From contig CAXXDV010000001.1 in assembly GCA_963674745.2 (NCBI GenBank), positions 1,408,001-1,472,000 on the forward strand: a stretch of DNA of 64,000 nt, given 5' to 3'. This stretch comes from Desulfosudaceae bacterium. GTDB lineage: Bacteria > Desulfobacterota > Desulfobacteria > Desulfobacterales > Desulfosudaceae. Numbering within the stretch: the stretch's first letter is position 1; each line of letters starts with the position of its first letter. Position numbers and translations under genes: made by a program. A model generated the notes under the pieces. It had not been told where the DNA came from. It ran no database searches and was given only the letters and a program-made list of their open reading frames with translations. Below, in pieces: positions 39,311-50,255 of the stretch.

Positions 39311-39889
39311 ATGGATAATTTTTGGCTGTGCTTTGTGCCGCTGTTCGTAGCGGTGGATGCCATCGGTGTTCTGCCCATGTTCATCTCCCTGACAGAAGAT
39401 GTGGACAGGACAAAAACCAGGCGCGTTGTGCTCCAGTCCGTCATAACGGCTTCCGTCGTTGCCCTGGCTTTTCTGGCCTTCGGTCCCGGTTTGTTGAAAT
39501 TTCTTGGGGTGACAGTACCCGACTTCATGATTGCGGGCGGCATTCTGTTGATTGTCATTTCTTTGAGCGACCTGCTCACTGGTGAAAAAAAACAGCGCCA
39601 GACGGACCCTGAGGGCCTGGGCGCTGTTCCCATCGGTGTCCCCCTGATTACCGGCCCCGGTGTACTGACCACCTGTATTCTGCTAGCCGGGCTTTACGGC
39701 GGACTGGTTACCGCTCTGGCGCTTGTTGTCAACATCGGCATCGCGGGCGTGATTTTTTTGCTGGCCAGACCCATTACCGATATTCTGGGGCAGACCGGAA
39801 CCAAGATCATATCTAAAATCGCCAGTCTGCTGCTGACGGCCATCGCCGTTATGCTGATTCGCAGAGGAATAATGGAAATTATTCCTTAA
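39311..39889 (+). CDS. MarC family membrane protein
   Basis: [19 protein letters not shown]. Confidence 0.85.
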   Translation: MDNFWLCFVPLFVAVDAIGVLPMFISLTEDVDRTKTRRVVLQSVITASVVALAFLAFGPGLLKFLGVTVPDFMIAGGILLIVISLSDLLTGEKKQRQTDPEGLGAVPIGVPLITGPGVLTTCILLAGLYGGLVTALALVVNIGIAGVIFLLARPITDILGQTGTKIISKIASLLLTAIAVMLIRRGIMEIIP

Positions 39890-40520
39890 AAACCAACTTG
39901 CCACCAATATGCCCGGCCACGCCAACAACGCCCAACAGAATAAAATTAATAAGTAAAAACAACCATTTGGGGCCAAGAATGACGACTTCGGGCGACATGA
40001 TCAGCCATGAAAGGATAATCAGTACCAGAATTGTTGCCGCTGCGGCGCAGGTGATTTTGATGATAAAATAGGAGGTCAGGGCGCCGTTGTATTTCAATCG
40101 CCACTCACACCAGCCGGTAAAAATCACTACCGGCAGGGATAAAAACACCACGATCAGGTTCAGGTATGCCGCCTTAGAAAGCAGGGTTGCGTCCAGAAAG
40201 CCGAAAACCACGGCCAGGGACAGAAAAAGAACGGAAACCGGTACCACCCCGTTGGGTACATGAACCGTAATAGGGTGGAGATGGTGCTTGACAATCAGGT
40301 TCTGGGCGGTTCCCATTCCCGATGGTGATGCCGGAGATGCCGGATCGGCCTCGGTCGCCTTCCGGTCGGTTTCTTTTGCAACCGGTTCGGGCGGAGGGGG
40401 ATCCGCCTCATCCGCTACCTCGACAAACTTGCTTTTATCAGCCCCGCAGACCGGGCATGTATCCGGTGGTTCGTCCCCGGTGTGAATGTATCCACAGACA
40501 GTGCATTTCCATTTTTTCAT
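39879..40520 (-). CDS. rubredoxin-like domain + membrane domain protein
   Basis: WKCTVCGY...[13 protein letters not shown]; four TM segments. Confidence 0.8.
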   Translation of the reverse strand: MKKWKCTVCGYIHTGDEPPDTCPVCGADKSKFVEVADEADPPPPEPVAKETDRKATEADPASPASPSGMGTAQNLIVKHHLHPITVHVPNGVVPVSVLFLSLAVVFGFLDATLLSKAAYLNLIVVFLSLPVVIFTGWCEWRLKYNGALTSYFIIKITCAAAATILVLIILSWLIMSPEVVILGPKWLFLLINFILLGVVGVAGHIGGKLVFKE

Positions 40521-40542
40521 AATGTTTTCCCTTTGACGTGCC

Positions 40543-40752
40543 CTATAAATCTACCCACATATCGGCCTCATTACCGCACTGGGTGCACACGGCCGTCCCT
40601 TTTACCTTGACCTCTTCAGCCTTGGCATCATGGACGTGTTCAGCCTTTTTCTTTTCCGCTACCTCGACTTCGGCCAAAGAACAGGTGACTTCCATTTCTG
40701 ATTCATTGCCGCACTTGGTGCATGTACAGACCTGCTTGAATTTTTTGGTCAT
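40543..40752 (-). CDS. small double CxxCGNE protein
   Basis: CTKCGNE and CTQCGNE. Confidence 0.6.
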   Translation of the reverse strand: MTKKFKQVCTCTKCGNESEMEVTCSLAEVEVAEKKKAEHVHDAKAEEVKVKGTAVCTQCGNEADMWVDL

Positions 40753-40896
40753 GGGAATCCTCCATTGTCAGTTGATTGTTCTTTCAGTTGGGCATAGCCC
40801 GTGAAACATAATACAGATGGTGCCTGAAAATTGTCAATAAACGGCTGATGCTTTTAGCCCGGATATTCCATGAATATTATTACAATGAAACAATTA

Positions 40897-41490
40897 TCAC
40901 AAAAAATTATGAAATATTCCGGTCATGGCACCGTGTTCATATAAAATATGAAGGCCAATACCGTATAACACAACCGCGCCGGTAATTTCCGCGTAGCGTT
41001 TCAGCCAGTCGATTTTCCCCGCCCGGCTTCCCAGCGCCAGACCCAACAGCGTAAACAGTCCGGCTGTAAGGCCGATAAAGACCGCCGGGAACCATATGGC
41101 CACACCGATTACGGAGAGACTCAGTCCTACGGCCAAAGCGTCGATACTGGTGGCCACGGAAAGCATCACCAGCCGCCATCCCCGGGTGGGGTCGGCCATG
41201 ATGCCGGATTCCTCGTCCCGGCTGAAAGCCTGTCGCAGCATACCGGTAGCCACCACGGCCAGCAGCAGAAAAGCCGCCCAGTGATCGTAGCGTTCTATCA
41301 GGTCTTTCACGGAAAGCCCTGCGTACCAGCCGATCACCGGCATCATGGCCTGAAACAGGCCGAAATGCCAGGAAAGCCTGAAAAACTGGCGGGCGCTGAC
41401 CTGTTGGATAAAAACCCCCGAGGCGATGGAAACCGCCAGGGCGTCCATGGCCAGTGCAACCGCCAGGCCGATGATGGCAAGTAAACTCAA
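40897..41490 (-). CDS. mntP: manganese efflux pump MntP family
   Basis: ALAMDALAV, FGLFQAMMP, ATSIDALAVG. Confidence 0.9.
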   Translation of the reverse strand: MSLLAIIGLAVALAMDALAVSIASGVFIQQVSARQFFRLSWHFGLFQAMMPVIGWYAGLSVKDLIERYDHWAAFLLLAVVATGMLRQAFSRDEESGIMADPTRGWRLVMLSVATSIDALAVGLSLSVIGVAIWFPAVFIGLTAGLFTLLGLALGSRAGKIDWLKRYAEITGAVVLYGIGLHILYEHGAMTGIFHNFL

Positions 41491-41497
41491 AGAACGA

Positions 41498-42358
41498 TTA
41501 TTCCTCGTTGTTTATAAAGGACCGGATCAGCCGCGTTGAATCGGCCGGTTTTTCCATGGGGATCAAGTGTCCGGCGTCTTCAATCAGTTGATATCGACCC
41601 TGGGAGAAACTTTCAGCAGCCTGCTTCAGGTCTATAAAGGCCCTGTTTTCAGAAAGTTCGCCCTCCAGAATAAGGACCGGGCAATTGATTCCCGGCATGA
41701 GCGGCCAGGGATCATAAACCATGGACCCCATAAAGAGCGAGGCCTCGCGTTCGGGATGACAGGCCAGGGTGATGCCGCCGTTATCCGTGTCGGTAAAACC
41801 GTGATGCAGATACATGTCCAGCATTTCATCATCCCAGCGGGCAAACAGGGGTTTGGACTTGAGGTAATCCCGTGCCGCCTGGCGGTCGTCCCAGGCATTG
41901 CGTCGTTTGATGGATTTTCCGGCCAGGGGGTGGTCCTCGACCCGCAGCTGAAGGCTGTAAAGCTGTGACGGCAGAAAAATGGGTTCAAAAAGCACCATTT
42001 TTTCGGCCGTAAGGCCGAATTTTCCCACGGCCAGGGTTATAACGGCACCGCCCATGGAATGACCGACCAATGCCGGTGACTGAATGTCCAGTTGCCGGCA
42101 TAAGCCGGACAGATCTTCGGCGATCTGCAGCCAGCTCAAGCCGCCCTGGTGGGGATCGGCGTGTCGATGGTCGCAGAAATAGGGTATGATGACCCGGTGG
42201 TCGCCGGCGAATTCCCGGGCGATGGGATGCCATATCCAGGGCATGAAGCCGGTGGCATGCAGAAACAACAAGGCCGGGCCGTTATCCCCATAATCAAGGT
42301 ACTCGATTTGTGTATCGCCGATATCGACGGATCGCTGAACCGGCTTTATGTCTGACAT
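41498..42358 (-). CDS. alpha/beta hydrolase
   Basis: GHSMGG nucleophile motif; GHLIPME. Confidence 0.88.
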   Translation of the reverse strand: MSDIKPVQRSVDIGDTQIEYLDYGDNGPALLFLHATGFMPWIWHPIAREFAGDHRVIIPYFCDHRHADPHQGGLSWLQIAEDLSGLCRQLDIQSPALVGHSMGGAVITLAVGKFGLTAEKMVLFEPIFLPSQLYSLQLRVEDHPLAGKSIKRRNAWDDRQAARDYLKSKPLFARWDDEMLDMYLHHGFTDTDNGGITLACHPEREASLFMGSMVYDPWPLMPGINCPVLILEGELSENRAFIDLKQAAESFSQGRYQLIEDAGHLIPMEKPADSTRLIRSFINNEE

Positions 42359-42427
42359 TTTTCCTCCGAACTACCATTTGATACGCTCGTGAAGAGCCAT
42401 ACTCGGGATGGACTTTTTACGAAGCCA

Positions 42428-42883
42428 TCACCATTTTTCCGGATAGCCGATATCTACAAAGGCCGTTTCCATTTTCAATTTGTGGTTTCTCTCCATTTCA
42501 GCCAGTTCAAGAAAAACGGCTTTTTCCGCCTGGCCGTAACAAATGTCCGCCAGCCGGGTATAGGCCTTCATGGCGGCCTCTTCTTTTTTCATGGCCAGGG
42601 CAAAGGCATCTGCCGGCAGCATGTCGGTTGACAGCACCGGCTCGTCAACCGTTTCAGATACACCGTAGTCTCTGGTTTTGTCAAACACGCCGTCTAGGGT
42701 TTCTGTATTGATGAGTTTCTGGAGAAGATCAAAATGCTTCTGTTCTTCTTCGGCCAGCTGGGAAAAAACATCCTTTAAAGAGGGGTTGTCCAGCTTTTTG
42801 GCTGCTTCTAAGTAAAAGTTCCGGGCCTCTACTTCGTTTTTCATGGCGTATTTAATAATCCGCCGGTAGTCGGTCGTTTCCAT
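42428..42883 (-). CDS. ferritin-like (rubrerythrin diiron domain) protein
   Basis: EEQKH and ERNH motifs; paralog of 38771-39232. Confidence 0.85.
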   Translation of the reverse strand: METTDYRRIIKYAMKNEVEARNFYLEAAKKLDNPSLKDVFSQLAEEEQKHFDLLQKLINTETLDGVFDKTRDYGVSETVDEPVLSTDMLPADAFALAMKKEEAAMKAYTRLADICYGQAEKAVFLELAEMERNHKLKMETAFVDIGYPEKW

Positions 42884-42947
42884 AAAGCACCTTTAATGTG
42901 TTTGTTTGCTATTGTTCTTTTTCGAGCCGGAACTCCTTTGGGGCCGT

Positions 42948-43760
42948 CTAAATACGTATCCGTTCCGGACAGGTAAAAACCAGCAGCTTCCTCTCCTGCG
43001 AGCAAAGCAGTGTCATGTTGACCGATTTGGCCAGCTCTGTTGCCAGATAGGTGGGGCGCGAAAGGCCGACCAGCACTTCCAGCCCCCCCCGGGCGGCTTT
43101 CTGGACCAGCTCGTAACTCAACCGGGAGGACATGACGCCTATGGCGGCCGAACCCATTTTGTTGTCCAGAAAAACCCGGCCGATGGCCTTGTCCAGAGCG
43201 TTATGACGGCCCGCGTCTTCAAAAACGGCCATTTGCCTGTTCCGGTCATCGAAAATCATTGCCGCATGGGCGCCCCGGGTTTTATCGTACAGGAACTGGA
43301 CCTTTGCCAGCATGGCCACGGCCGCGTTAACCTGATCGGCTGAGACCTTAATTCTTGTCGGCAACGATCGCAGAATCTGCTGCATGTCCCGGACCACTTC
43401 CTTGCCACAAATACCGCAACTGGTCTGGCTGACAAACCCCCTTCGTTCAAGCAGGTCGGCGACTAACACGCTACGAGCTTCGGTTAATGTGACGGTTGCC
43501 ACGTTCGTGCCTTCCTCTGTGCAGAAACTGGTGGTCACAATATCTTCCGGCCGGTCAACCAGCCCTTCAGCCAGGCAGAAACCAGCCACATGACAGGCTT
43601 CATCACCCGGGGTTCGCATGACCACGGCATATGGCTGGCCGTTAATCCGAATGGACAGCGGCTCCTCAACAATCAGGTCGGCCTGTTCAGTCGAGCGGAT
43701 ACTGTCTTTCAGGCTGATGACGGGCAGTGTCATCGATTTTTGCGGTATCGGTTGGCTCAT
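42948..43760 (-). CDS. fdhD: formate dehydrogenase accessory sulfurtransferase
   Basis: EEPL, MRTPG, SCGICG, EDAGRHNALDK. Confidence 0.92.
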   Translation of the reverse strand: MSQPIPQKSMTLPVISLKDSIRSTEQADLIVEEPLSIRINGQPYAVVMRTPGDEACHVAGFCLAEGLVDRPEDIVTTSFCTEEGTNVATVTLTEARSVLVADLLERRGFVSQTSCGICGKEVVRDMQQILRSLPTRIKVSADQVNAAVAMLAKVQFLYDKTRGAHAAMIFDDRNRQMAVFEDAGRHNALDKAIGRVFLDNKMGSAAIGVMSSRLSYELVQKAARGGLEVLVGLSRPTYLATELAKSVNMTLLCSQERKLLVFTCPERIRI

Positions 43761-43772
43761 GGACGAATGAAC

Positions 43773-44327
43773 TCAGCAGCGGTTACAGGTAAACTCATCA
43801 CACTCCCTTTCAGACAGCACTTCCATGCAGAACAGAATCCGCTGTTCTTTTTCGATGCGGTTTTCCGGCAGGGTGGCAAACGCCAGCGGATCCATCATAT
43901 CTGTCAGTTCCGCTTTTGAAAAAATGGCGTCTAGTCCTTCGGCAATGACTTTTCCGGTCAGGCTGTCCATGATGTGGGCGTCCTGCCCGTTGGAAACTAC
44001 GGCGTAAGGGATGATATGGGGTTCCACCAGGCGTGCCACTGCCAGTGTCGGCCGCTGGCGGGAAACAATGGCGCCGGGGCCGTAAATAACCGTCATCACC
44101 GCCTGTCCGTTTATACGGATGATAAAATCAACCCGCACGTTGCCCCTGTCACCGTCCACGGTCAGGGGCAGAACCGAACCGGTGGTAATCTCCTCCCGGC
44201 GATACCCTTTTTCATCCACCAGCAATCGTGCGATAGTCTGGCGGGCTCGCTCATCGTGGGTATCGGGCCGGGTTTCACCGGTAATGTAATCGGTCAGTTC
44301 GCCCAGGACCAGATGATGCTTTCCCAT
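43773..44327 (-). CDS. HsdR N-terminal-like domain protein
   Basis: DYITGE...E.ARQ...LVDEKGY, YAVVSNG. Confidence 0.6.
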   Translation of the reverse strand: MGKHHLVLGELTDYITGETRPDTHDERARQTIARLLVDEKGYRREEITTGSVLPLTVDGDRGNVRVDFIIRINGQAVMTVIYGPGAIVSRQRPTLAVARLVEPHIIPYAVVSNGQDAHIMDSLTGKVIAEGLDAIFSKAELTDMMDPLAFATLPENRIEKEQRILFCMEVLSERECDEFTCNRC

Positions 44328-44330
44328 GAT

Positions 44331-44723
44331 TTAAGCGTCCTTTTCGCCTGTTCCGACCAGGGGCAGCACCTTGGTTATTTTGAATATCACCAGAAATTTG
44401 GGGCCTTTTTCCATGTCTTTTTCCGGTGACAGGGAGCGCCGTTTCATTTCCTGTAACCGCTGTGAATCCTGTTCTTCGGACAGTTTCTCAAGGTAAAGCC
44501 GCTTGCCGGCATAGCCCAAGCCGTCCTCCTTGAACAGGAAGGCCGCCCGGGGGTTGCTCTGCAGGTTGTCATGGGTCAGCCGGTCGCGCATGATAAACGC
44601 GGCCGTGTTGTCTTCCATGATGTGCGGCCGGGAATATACGGCGGCGTTGACATTGCCGTCTTTGTCGGCGGTGGACAAAACGCCCAGTCCTTTGGTGTTT
44701 TCAAAATAGTCGTAAAGCGTCAT
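44331..44723 (-). CDS. pyridoxamine 5'-phosphate oxidase-like FMN-binding protein
   Basis: VLSTADKDGNVN, NLQSNPRA. Confidence 0.75.
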   Translation of the reverse strand: MTLYDYFENTKGLGVLSTADKDGNVNAAVYSRPHIMEDNTAAFIMRDRLTHDNLQSNPRAAFLFKEDGLGYAGKRLYLEKLSEEQDSQRLQEMKRRSLSPEKDMEKGPKFLVIFKITKVLPLVGTGEKDA

Positions 44724-44727
44724 TATT

Positions 44728-45939
44728 TTATTCTCCTTTTTTATATCCCCAAACGGCATAAACCGGGTCTGAGACCGGTTGAGCCGGGAAATACTTGTCG
44801 TCAACCGGACGTGGATAACCCCTCATGGACCAGGTCTGGATCTTACCATATTTTTCGGAATGAAGGAAATATTCGGTTACCAGTCCCAGTCGTTCAAATT
44901 CATGGCAGTTTTGCCAGATGTCGATGGCCTTGGGTGGAAACCAGCGGTTGGAAAAGGTGACGATAAAAACACCGCCCGGCTTAAGTACCCGTGCCACTTC
45001 ATCAAAAACAGCCAAAGGTGAGACCAGGTATTCGATCGAGGCCGTGCAGGTGACGGCATTAAAGGCCGCGTCGGCAAAGGGCAGTTCAGGGTTAACATTT
45101 AAATCATGCACCACCTGTCCGGTCAGTTGCGGATTGGCCGCCAGCTCTTCCCGGTTAAGGCCCAGGCCGACGATCTGTTTAAATGAATTTTCCGCCGGCA
45201 GGTGAGCATTCCAACTGCTCATCAGGTCCAGCACAGCCCCGTCCGCCGGCAGCAGTCCGGTATAAAGACCGGTAATCAGTTGTCGGGCTTTGGCGTCAAT
45301 ATGGTTCACCATGCGGGGTGTCTCATAAAACACGGTGTCCGGACGGGTGTCCGGACGGTCGAACGATCCGTTTGCGAAAAAATCGGTTGGTTTTCCGTTC
45401 ATGCGGGCCTGCATACCAGGCCCGTCGCTGACGGTTTCCAGCCAGTCGACACTGGTTCCGCCCCGTTCGTCGACTTTATCAAACACGTGGTCGATGCTCA
45501 CGGACAGGGACAGGTCGCGGCCGGCCAGGGGGTGATTCAGGTTGGCTTCAAAGGCGGACCCGTCCGATCGGCCGTATCGAAACGGTATTATATTGTCCGG
45601 AAACACATTGGTCACGTCCTTCAACAGGCCTTTGGGATAAAACCGGCCATACCGAGGTGATACAACAGCACTTTTGATTTTGCCGTGAAACCGGTCAAGT
45701 GGCAGCGTCAACACCTGTTCGGGCTTGAACGCCGGTCGTCCTTCGGTCGGCACTTTGTCCAGGTGTATGGTTTCTCCTTTTTTTCGACCGACAAGATCCT
45801 GGTATAGTGTTTTTGGAAAATAATCCCGCCACAAATTAACTTTAGGGGCAAAAAAACAATCCGTGTGAGACACCTGATCGTGTTTCCATTTTAATTCAAA
45901 CTGCATAGATGCAAGCGCATCGGGCGTTATTTTATTCAT
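44728..45939 (-). CDS. SAM-dependent methyltransferase with N-terminal extension
   Basis: VLDLMSSW, RVLKPGG, TFSNRWFP. Confidence 0.85.
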   Translation of the reverse strand: MNKITPDALASMQFELKWKHDQVSHTDCFFAPKVNLWRDYFPKTLYQDLVGRKKGETIHLDKVPTEGRPAFKPEQVLTLPLDRFHGKIKSAVVSPRYGRFYPKGLLKDVTNVFPDNIIPFRYGRSDGSAFEANLNHPLAGRDLSLSVSIDHVFDKVDERGGTSVDWLETVSDGPGMQARMNGKPTDFFANGSFDRPDTRPDTVFYETPRMVNHIDAKARQLITGLYTGLLPADGAVLDLMSSWNAHLPAENSFKQIVGLGLNREELAANPQLTGQVVHDLNVNPELPFADAAFNAVTCTASIEYLVSPLAVFDEVARVLKPGGVFIVTFSNRWFPPKAIDIWQNCHEFERLGLVTEYFLHSEKYGKIQTWSMRGYPRPVDDKYFPAQPVSDPVYAVWGYKKGE

Positions 45940-45983
45940 ACCTACCTCTCTTTTTTAGTTGTCCTTAATTGTATATAAAGTAA

Positions 45984-45998
45984 GCATAAAATATGCCG
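45984..45998 (-). promoter_or_regulatory. possible sigma-54 promoter
   Basis: CGGCATATTTTATGC (GG-N10-GC) 45 bp upstream of the methyltransferase. Confidence 0.4.
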
Positions 45999-46168
45999 AG
46001 TAAATGATCCCTTGAAAAAATTATGAACGATTTCAGCCGATGTGAAGAAAAGCGGTGGATCATGTCCTTGACAGACCCCCTGCGAAAACCGTAATCATGT
46101 AAAGGACGTTTTGCGAAAAAACAATAATGTTCGATTAAACGATCTTTCATTTGAAAGGGTAAATAAAG

Positions 46169-46945
46169 ATGAAACGATTTGCGTCTGCTCTGCTGGTCGG
46201 CCTGATGATTTTTTTGTCGGCCTGTTCGTCACTGCCAACGCGGGATACCATTACCCAGACATCTACCATTGACGCCCTTTTGGCCGGCGCTTACGACGGC
46301 AGCATGACCTGCCAGGAACTGCTGGAATACGGAGACCTGGGCATCGGCACTTTTGACCGCCTGGACGGGGAGATGGTGCTGGTGGACGGCTGTGTTTACC
46401 AGGTTCGGGCCGATGGCAAGGTGTATCAACCTGACGTGCAGGTCAAGACCCCGTTTGCTGCTGTGTGTTCTTTTTCAGCCGACCGGCCCGTTGTTTTTAA
46501 TCAGGGTGCGGACTATGAAAAAGTGAGGCAGATCCTGGACAAGTTGGTCCCCAACCAGAATGTTTTCTGCGCCATCAAAATGTCCGGGACGTTTACCCGC
46601 ATGCATACCCGCAGTGTACCGGCCCAGGACAAACCTTATCCGCCCCTGGCCGAGGTGACCCGTCATCAGCCTGAATTTCACATGGACAACATATCCGGCC
46701 AGATCGTTGGCTTCCGTTGCCCGGCCTATGTCAAGGGCATCAACGTGCCCGGCTATCATCTCCATTTTCTCAGTGATGACCGGACATGCGGCGGTCATAT
46801 TCTCGGTTTTGAAATCGCAAGGGCCGAAGGCGCGGTGGATGTGTGCGACCGTTTTCTGCTGCTTCTGCCCCGGCAAGATGAAATGTTCGGGGCTGTCGAC
46901 CTGACCAAAGATCGCGCCGCCGAACTGGAGGAAGTGGAGCAATAG
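46169..46945 (+). CDS. budA: alpha-acetolactate decarboxylase (lipoprotein signal)
   Basis: GDLGIGTFDRLDGE, GYHLHF, GGH. Confidence 0.92.
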   Translation: MKRFASALLVGLMIFLSACSSLPTRDTITQTSTIDALLAGAYDGSMTCQELLEYGDLGIGTFDRLDGEMVLVDGCVYQVRADGKVYQPDVQVKTPFAAVCSFSADRPVVFNQGADYEKVRQILDKLVPNQNVFCAIKMSGTFTRMHTRSVPAQDKPYPPLAEVTRHQPEFHMDNISGQIVGFRCPAYVKGINVPGYHLHFLSDDRTCGGHILGFEIARAEGAVDVCDRFLLLLPRQDEMFGAVDLTKDRAAELEEVEQ

Positions 46946-47179
46946 AAGGGTTCGAGGATTCGAGGGAAGTGGCAGGCCTTGGTTTAAGGCCGTTTTCACA
47001 TGTATCGGCTGGCCGGATCCGATGCAGTGTTACCTTTGACTGCGGAGAGAAATAAGTTGACGGAATTCAACCCCCTAGAACCCTTGATCCCTCGAATCCC
47101 TGAACCCTTTTCAACAGTTGAATAACAGAAAGAGCGGATTTTTAAAAAAACACTATTATAAATCGTCAGGAGGCAAAAA

Positions 47180-48367
47180 ATGGGAAAAGATGTTTTTGTG
47201 GTCAGCACCGCCCGTACCCCGGTTGGCAAACGCAACGGTTACCTGCGGGAATGGATCGCGCCGGAACTGCTGGGGCATGTGCTGGACGCGGCTGTTGACA
47301 AGATTGACCTGGATCCGGAACTGGTCGAGGATGTCATTACCGGCTGTGTTTACCAGGTGGGTGAACAGGGTTTTACCATCGCCCGCATGGGCGTCTTTGC
47401 TTCTGAAAAACTGGACTCAGACAAGGTGCCGGGCATTTCGATCAACCGGCAATGCGGCAGCAGCCTGTCGGCCGTTACCATGGCCTACGCCCTGATCAGG
47501 TCCGGCGTGCATGATGTCGTTATTGCCAGTGGCTGTGAAACCATGACCAAGTATGGCATTGCCTCGGATACCGGCGGCACGCTCATGAACGGTCAGCCTA
47601 TGGGCAGTCCCTATCACGCCTTTTACATGAAAGCCGTCAACAACGAGCTTCGCGACCAGATGCAGTGCGCCCAGCAGATCGCCAAAGAGTACAACGTCAC
47701 CCGGGAGGAATGCCTGGATCTGGCCGTGGCCAGCCACCGGAAAGCCGCTCATGCCGCAGACGCAGGATATTTTGACAATGAAATCGTGCCGACCAAAGGC
47801 AAAGACAAAGAAGGTATTGAAATCGTCGTCACCCGGGACGAAACCATCCGCCCGGACACCACTGCCGAAAAAATCAAAAACCTGCCGCCGGTTTCCGGAA
47901 CCGAATGGGTTTCGGCCGGTGTTTCCAGCCCGGTCACCGATGGGGCTTCGGCCTTGGTCCTGATGAGCGGAGAAAGAGTCAAAAGCCTGAACCTGACACC
48001 CCTGGCCCGCGTGGCTTACAATGCGGTTACCGGTTCGGAGCCAAGATTGATGCTGACCGGCCCGGTGGATGTGTGGCCGAAAATGATCGCCGCCTCGGGT
48101 CTGAATAAGGAGGACATCGGCCTGTTTGAGGTCAATGAAGCCTTCGCGCCCATTCCCCTGGCCTTTACCAAAACATACGATATTCCGCTGGAAAAGCTCA
48201 ATGTCAACGGCGGCGCCCTGGCCCTGGGCCACCCGGTGGGCAACTCCGGCGCGCGCATCAGCTGCACCCTGATCAATGAAATGAGACGACGGCAGGAGCG
48301 TTATGGTTACGTCACCCTGTGTACCGGCGGCGGCATGGCCCCGGCCGTTATTTACGAGCGGGCCTGA
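47180..48367 (+). CDS. thiolase (acetyl-CoA acyltransferase)
   Basis: NRQCGS, NEAFA, GHPVG, CTGGG. Confidence 0.95.
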   Translation: MGKDVFVVSTARTPVGKRNGYLREWIAPELLGHVLDAAVDKIDLDPELVEDVITGCVYQVGEQGFTIARMGVFASEKLDSDKVPGISINRQCGSSLSAVTMAYALIRSGVHDVVIASGCETMTKYGIASDTGGTLMNGQPMGSPYHAFYMKAVNNELRDQMQCAQQIAKEYNVTREECLDLAVASHRKAAHAADAGYFDNEIVPTKGKDKEGIEIVVTRDETIRPDTTAEKIKNLPPVSGTEWVSAGVSSPVTDGASALVLMSGERVKSLNLTPLARVAYNAVTGSEPRLMLTGPVDVWPKMIAASGLNKEDIGLFEVNEAFAPIPLAFTKTYDIPLEKLNVNGGALALGHPVGNSGARISCTLINEMRRRQERYGYVTLCTGGGMAPAVIYERA

Positions 48368-48397
48368 TTTTGATGATAAAGGCATTCCGTTTTAAGC

Positions 48398-48464
48398 AGG
48401 GGCAAGGCACGCCGTGCCCGATTGCGGGGCACGTTCATTCAGGGCACGGCACGCCGTGCCCCTA
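48398..48464. repeat. REP-like palindromic doublet
   Basis: GGCACGCCGTGCCC twice; minus strand GTAGGGGCACGGCGTGCCGTGCCC. Confidence 0.6.
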
Positions 48465-48556
48465 CCGGACCAACGGGGACTGGGGCAGGAGACAGGCAAC
48501 AGGTTAAAATTTTGGTTGCCGGTGCAGGGACAAAGGCCATGCACCGACATGTTTAT

Positions 48557-48892
48557 TCAGTCAAAATTAAGGACCATGCTGTCCCGGGCAATATAGGGCC
48601 GGTGCGGCAGGCCGGCGGCCCGGGCCACATATCCCGGAGCGGCCAGGCCGGAATCAAAGCTGGCATAGTCCACAAAGGTGCGGCCGTCGATTCTGACCTT
48701 CATGCCGGAGAACGGGGCTTTTAAAGGAACAACCACATCGGCCGAACGAAGTTGATCCGGCAGATCGTTTACACCCATCTGTTGGGCTTCTCTGCCAATG
48801 TTCACTTCCAGGTAGTGCCGTCCTGAATTCATAATATGGTCACTATATTTTTTACTGATACGATCCAGTATCTGTTTGAGTTGTTTGTTCAT
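48557..48892 (-). CDS. hypothetical protein
   Basis: 111-aa ORF with GGAGG RBS. Confidence 0.65.
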   Translation of the reverse strand: MNKQLKQILDRISKKYSDHIMNSGRHYLEVNIGREAQQMGVNDLPDQLRSADVVVPLKAPFSGMKVRIDGRTFVDYASFDSGLAAPGYVARAAGLPHRPYIARDSMVLNFD

Positions 48893-49091
48893 GATCGCCC
48901 TCCATATATTACGCGTTTGCGTTTTATCTTTAGCCCTGGCTTACATGCTCTGTAAATTCTAACATAAGCCTGCTTTTTCGCCGTTCAAGGGGCTCGCAAA
49001 AAATACCTATCAATTTAATCGGATTAATTGCCTTGCCGTTTGGTAAAAGGGGATTATGTTTGGACTAAGATTTGCTTGAAAGGACATAATT

Positions 49092-50201
49092 ATGAAATAT
49101 TACATAAACATATTATTGATGGTGGTGATCATGATGACCATAAAAGCAGGCGGTCTTTCTGCCCAAAGCGCCGCTCAGGAAAATAAGGATAAAAAAACAG
49201 ACACTTCAACAGAAACCGCCACTTTTGCCGGCGGATGCTTCTGGTGCATGGAACCGCCTTTTGAGGCCCTGGACGGGGTTTTGTCGGTCAGGTCCGGTTA
49301 TACCGGCGGTCATGAGGTCAACCCAACTTACGAGCAAGTCTCGTCAGGGAAAACCGGTCATGTGGAAGCGATTCAGATTGTTTTTGATCCCGAAAAGGTT
49401 TCCTACGACCAACTGCTTGACGTGTTCTGGCGGCAGATCGATCCAACCGACGGCGGCGGCTCTTTTGTAGATCGTGGTAATCAATACCGGTCGGCGATTT
49501 TTTATCATAATGATCGACAAAAAAAGTCGGCTGAAGTCTCCAAACAGGCGTTGGAACAAAGCGGCCGTTTTGATCAGCCGGTGGTAACAAAGATTCTGCC
49601 ATACCTGGAATTCTACGCTGCCGAAGAATACCACCAGGATTATTACAAAAAAAATTCCATACGGTATAAGTTCTACCGCTGGAATTCCGGCCGGGATCAG
49701 TTCATTAAAAAGGCCTGGAACGACGGATCGCAACCGGAAAGCGAAAAAAAGTCGAAGACTACATACAGCAAACCCCCGGATGATGAACTGCGGCAGAAAC
49801 TGACCGACCTCCAGTATGCGGTGACACAAAAAGATAAAACCGAACCACCGTTTGATAATACTTACTGGAACAATAAGGAAGCGGGGCTTTATGTGGATGT
49901 CGTTTCAGGTGAACCGCTTTTTTCTTCAGCCGACAAGTTTGATTCCGGGACCGGCTGGCCCAGCTTTACCCGGCCGGTGAGGCCGGACGCGGTAGTTGAA
50001 AAAGAAGACCGCGCGTTGTTTACGACACGAACGGAAGTCAGGAGCCGCCATGCGGATTCCCACCTGGGACATGTCTTTAACGACGGACCGCCGCCGACGG
50101 GTTTGCGCTACTGTATCAATTCAGCGGCGTTGCGGTTTATTCCCCTGGCCGATCTTGAAAAAGAAGGGTATGGGGAATTAAAAAAGGTATCAGGGTTTTA
50201 A
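49092..50201 (+). CDS. msrAB: exported methionine sulfoxide reductase MsrA/MsrB fusion
   Basis: [27 protein letters not shown]. Confidence 0.95.
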   Translation: MKYYINILLMVVIMMTIKAGGLSAQSAAQENKDKKTDTSTETATFAGGCFWCMEPPFEALDGVLSVRSGYTGGHEVNPTYEQVSSGKTGHVEAIQIVFDPEKVSYDQLLDVFWRQIDPTDGGGSFVDRGNQYRSAIFYHNDRQKKSAEVSKQALEQSGRFDQPVVTKILPYLEFYAAEEYHQDYYKKNSIRYKFYRWNSGRDQFIKKAWNDGSQPESEKKSKTTYSKPPDDELRQKLTDLQYAVTQKDKTEPPFDNTYWNNKEAGLYVDVVSGEPLFSSADKFDSGTGWPSFTRPVRPDAVVEKEDRALFTTRTEVRSRHADSHLGHVFNDGPPPTGLRYCINSAALRFIPLADLEKEGYGELKKVSGF

Positions 50202-50255
50202 AGTTTTAGGTTTTATGTGATTAAGTAATCAGGGGCTTACTAGGGGAGGCTTGGT

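Noticed and set aside
43773..44327. Type I restriction-modification system
   Set aside because: Only a stand-alone HsdR_N-like domain; no hsdM, hsdS or helicase
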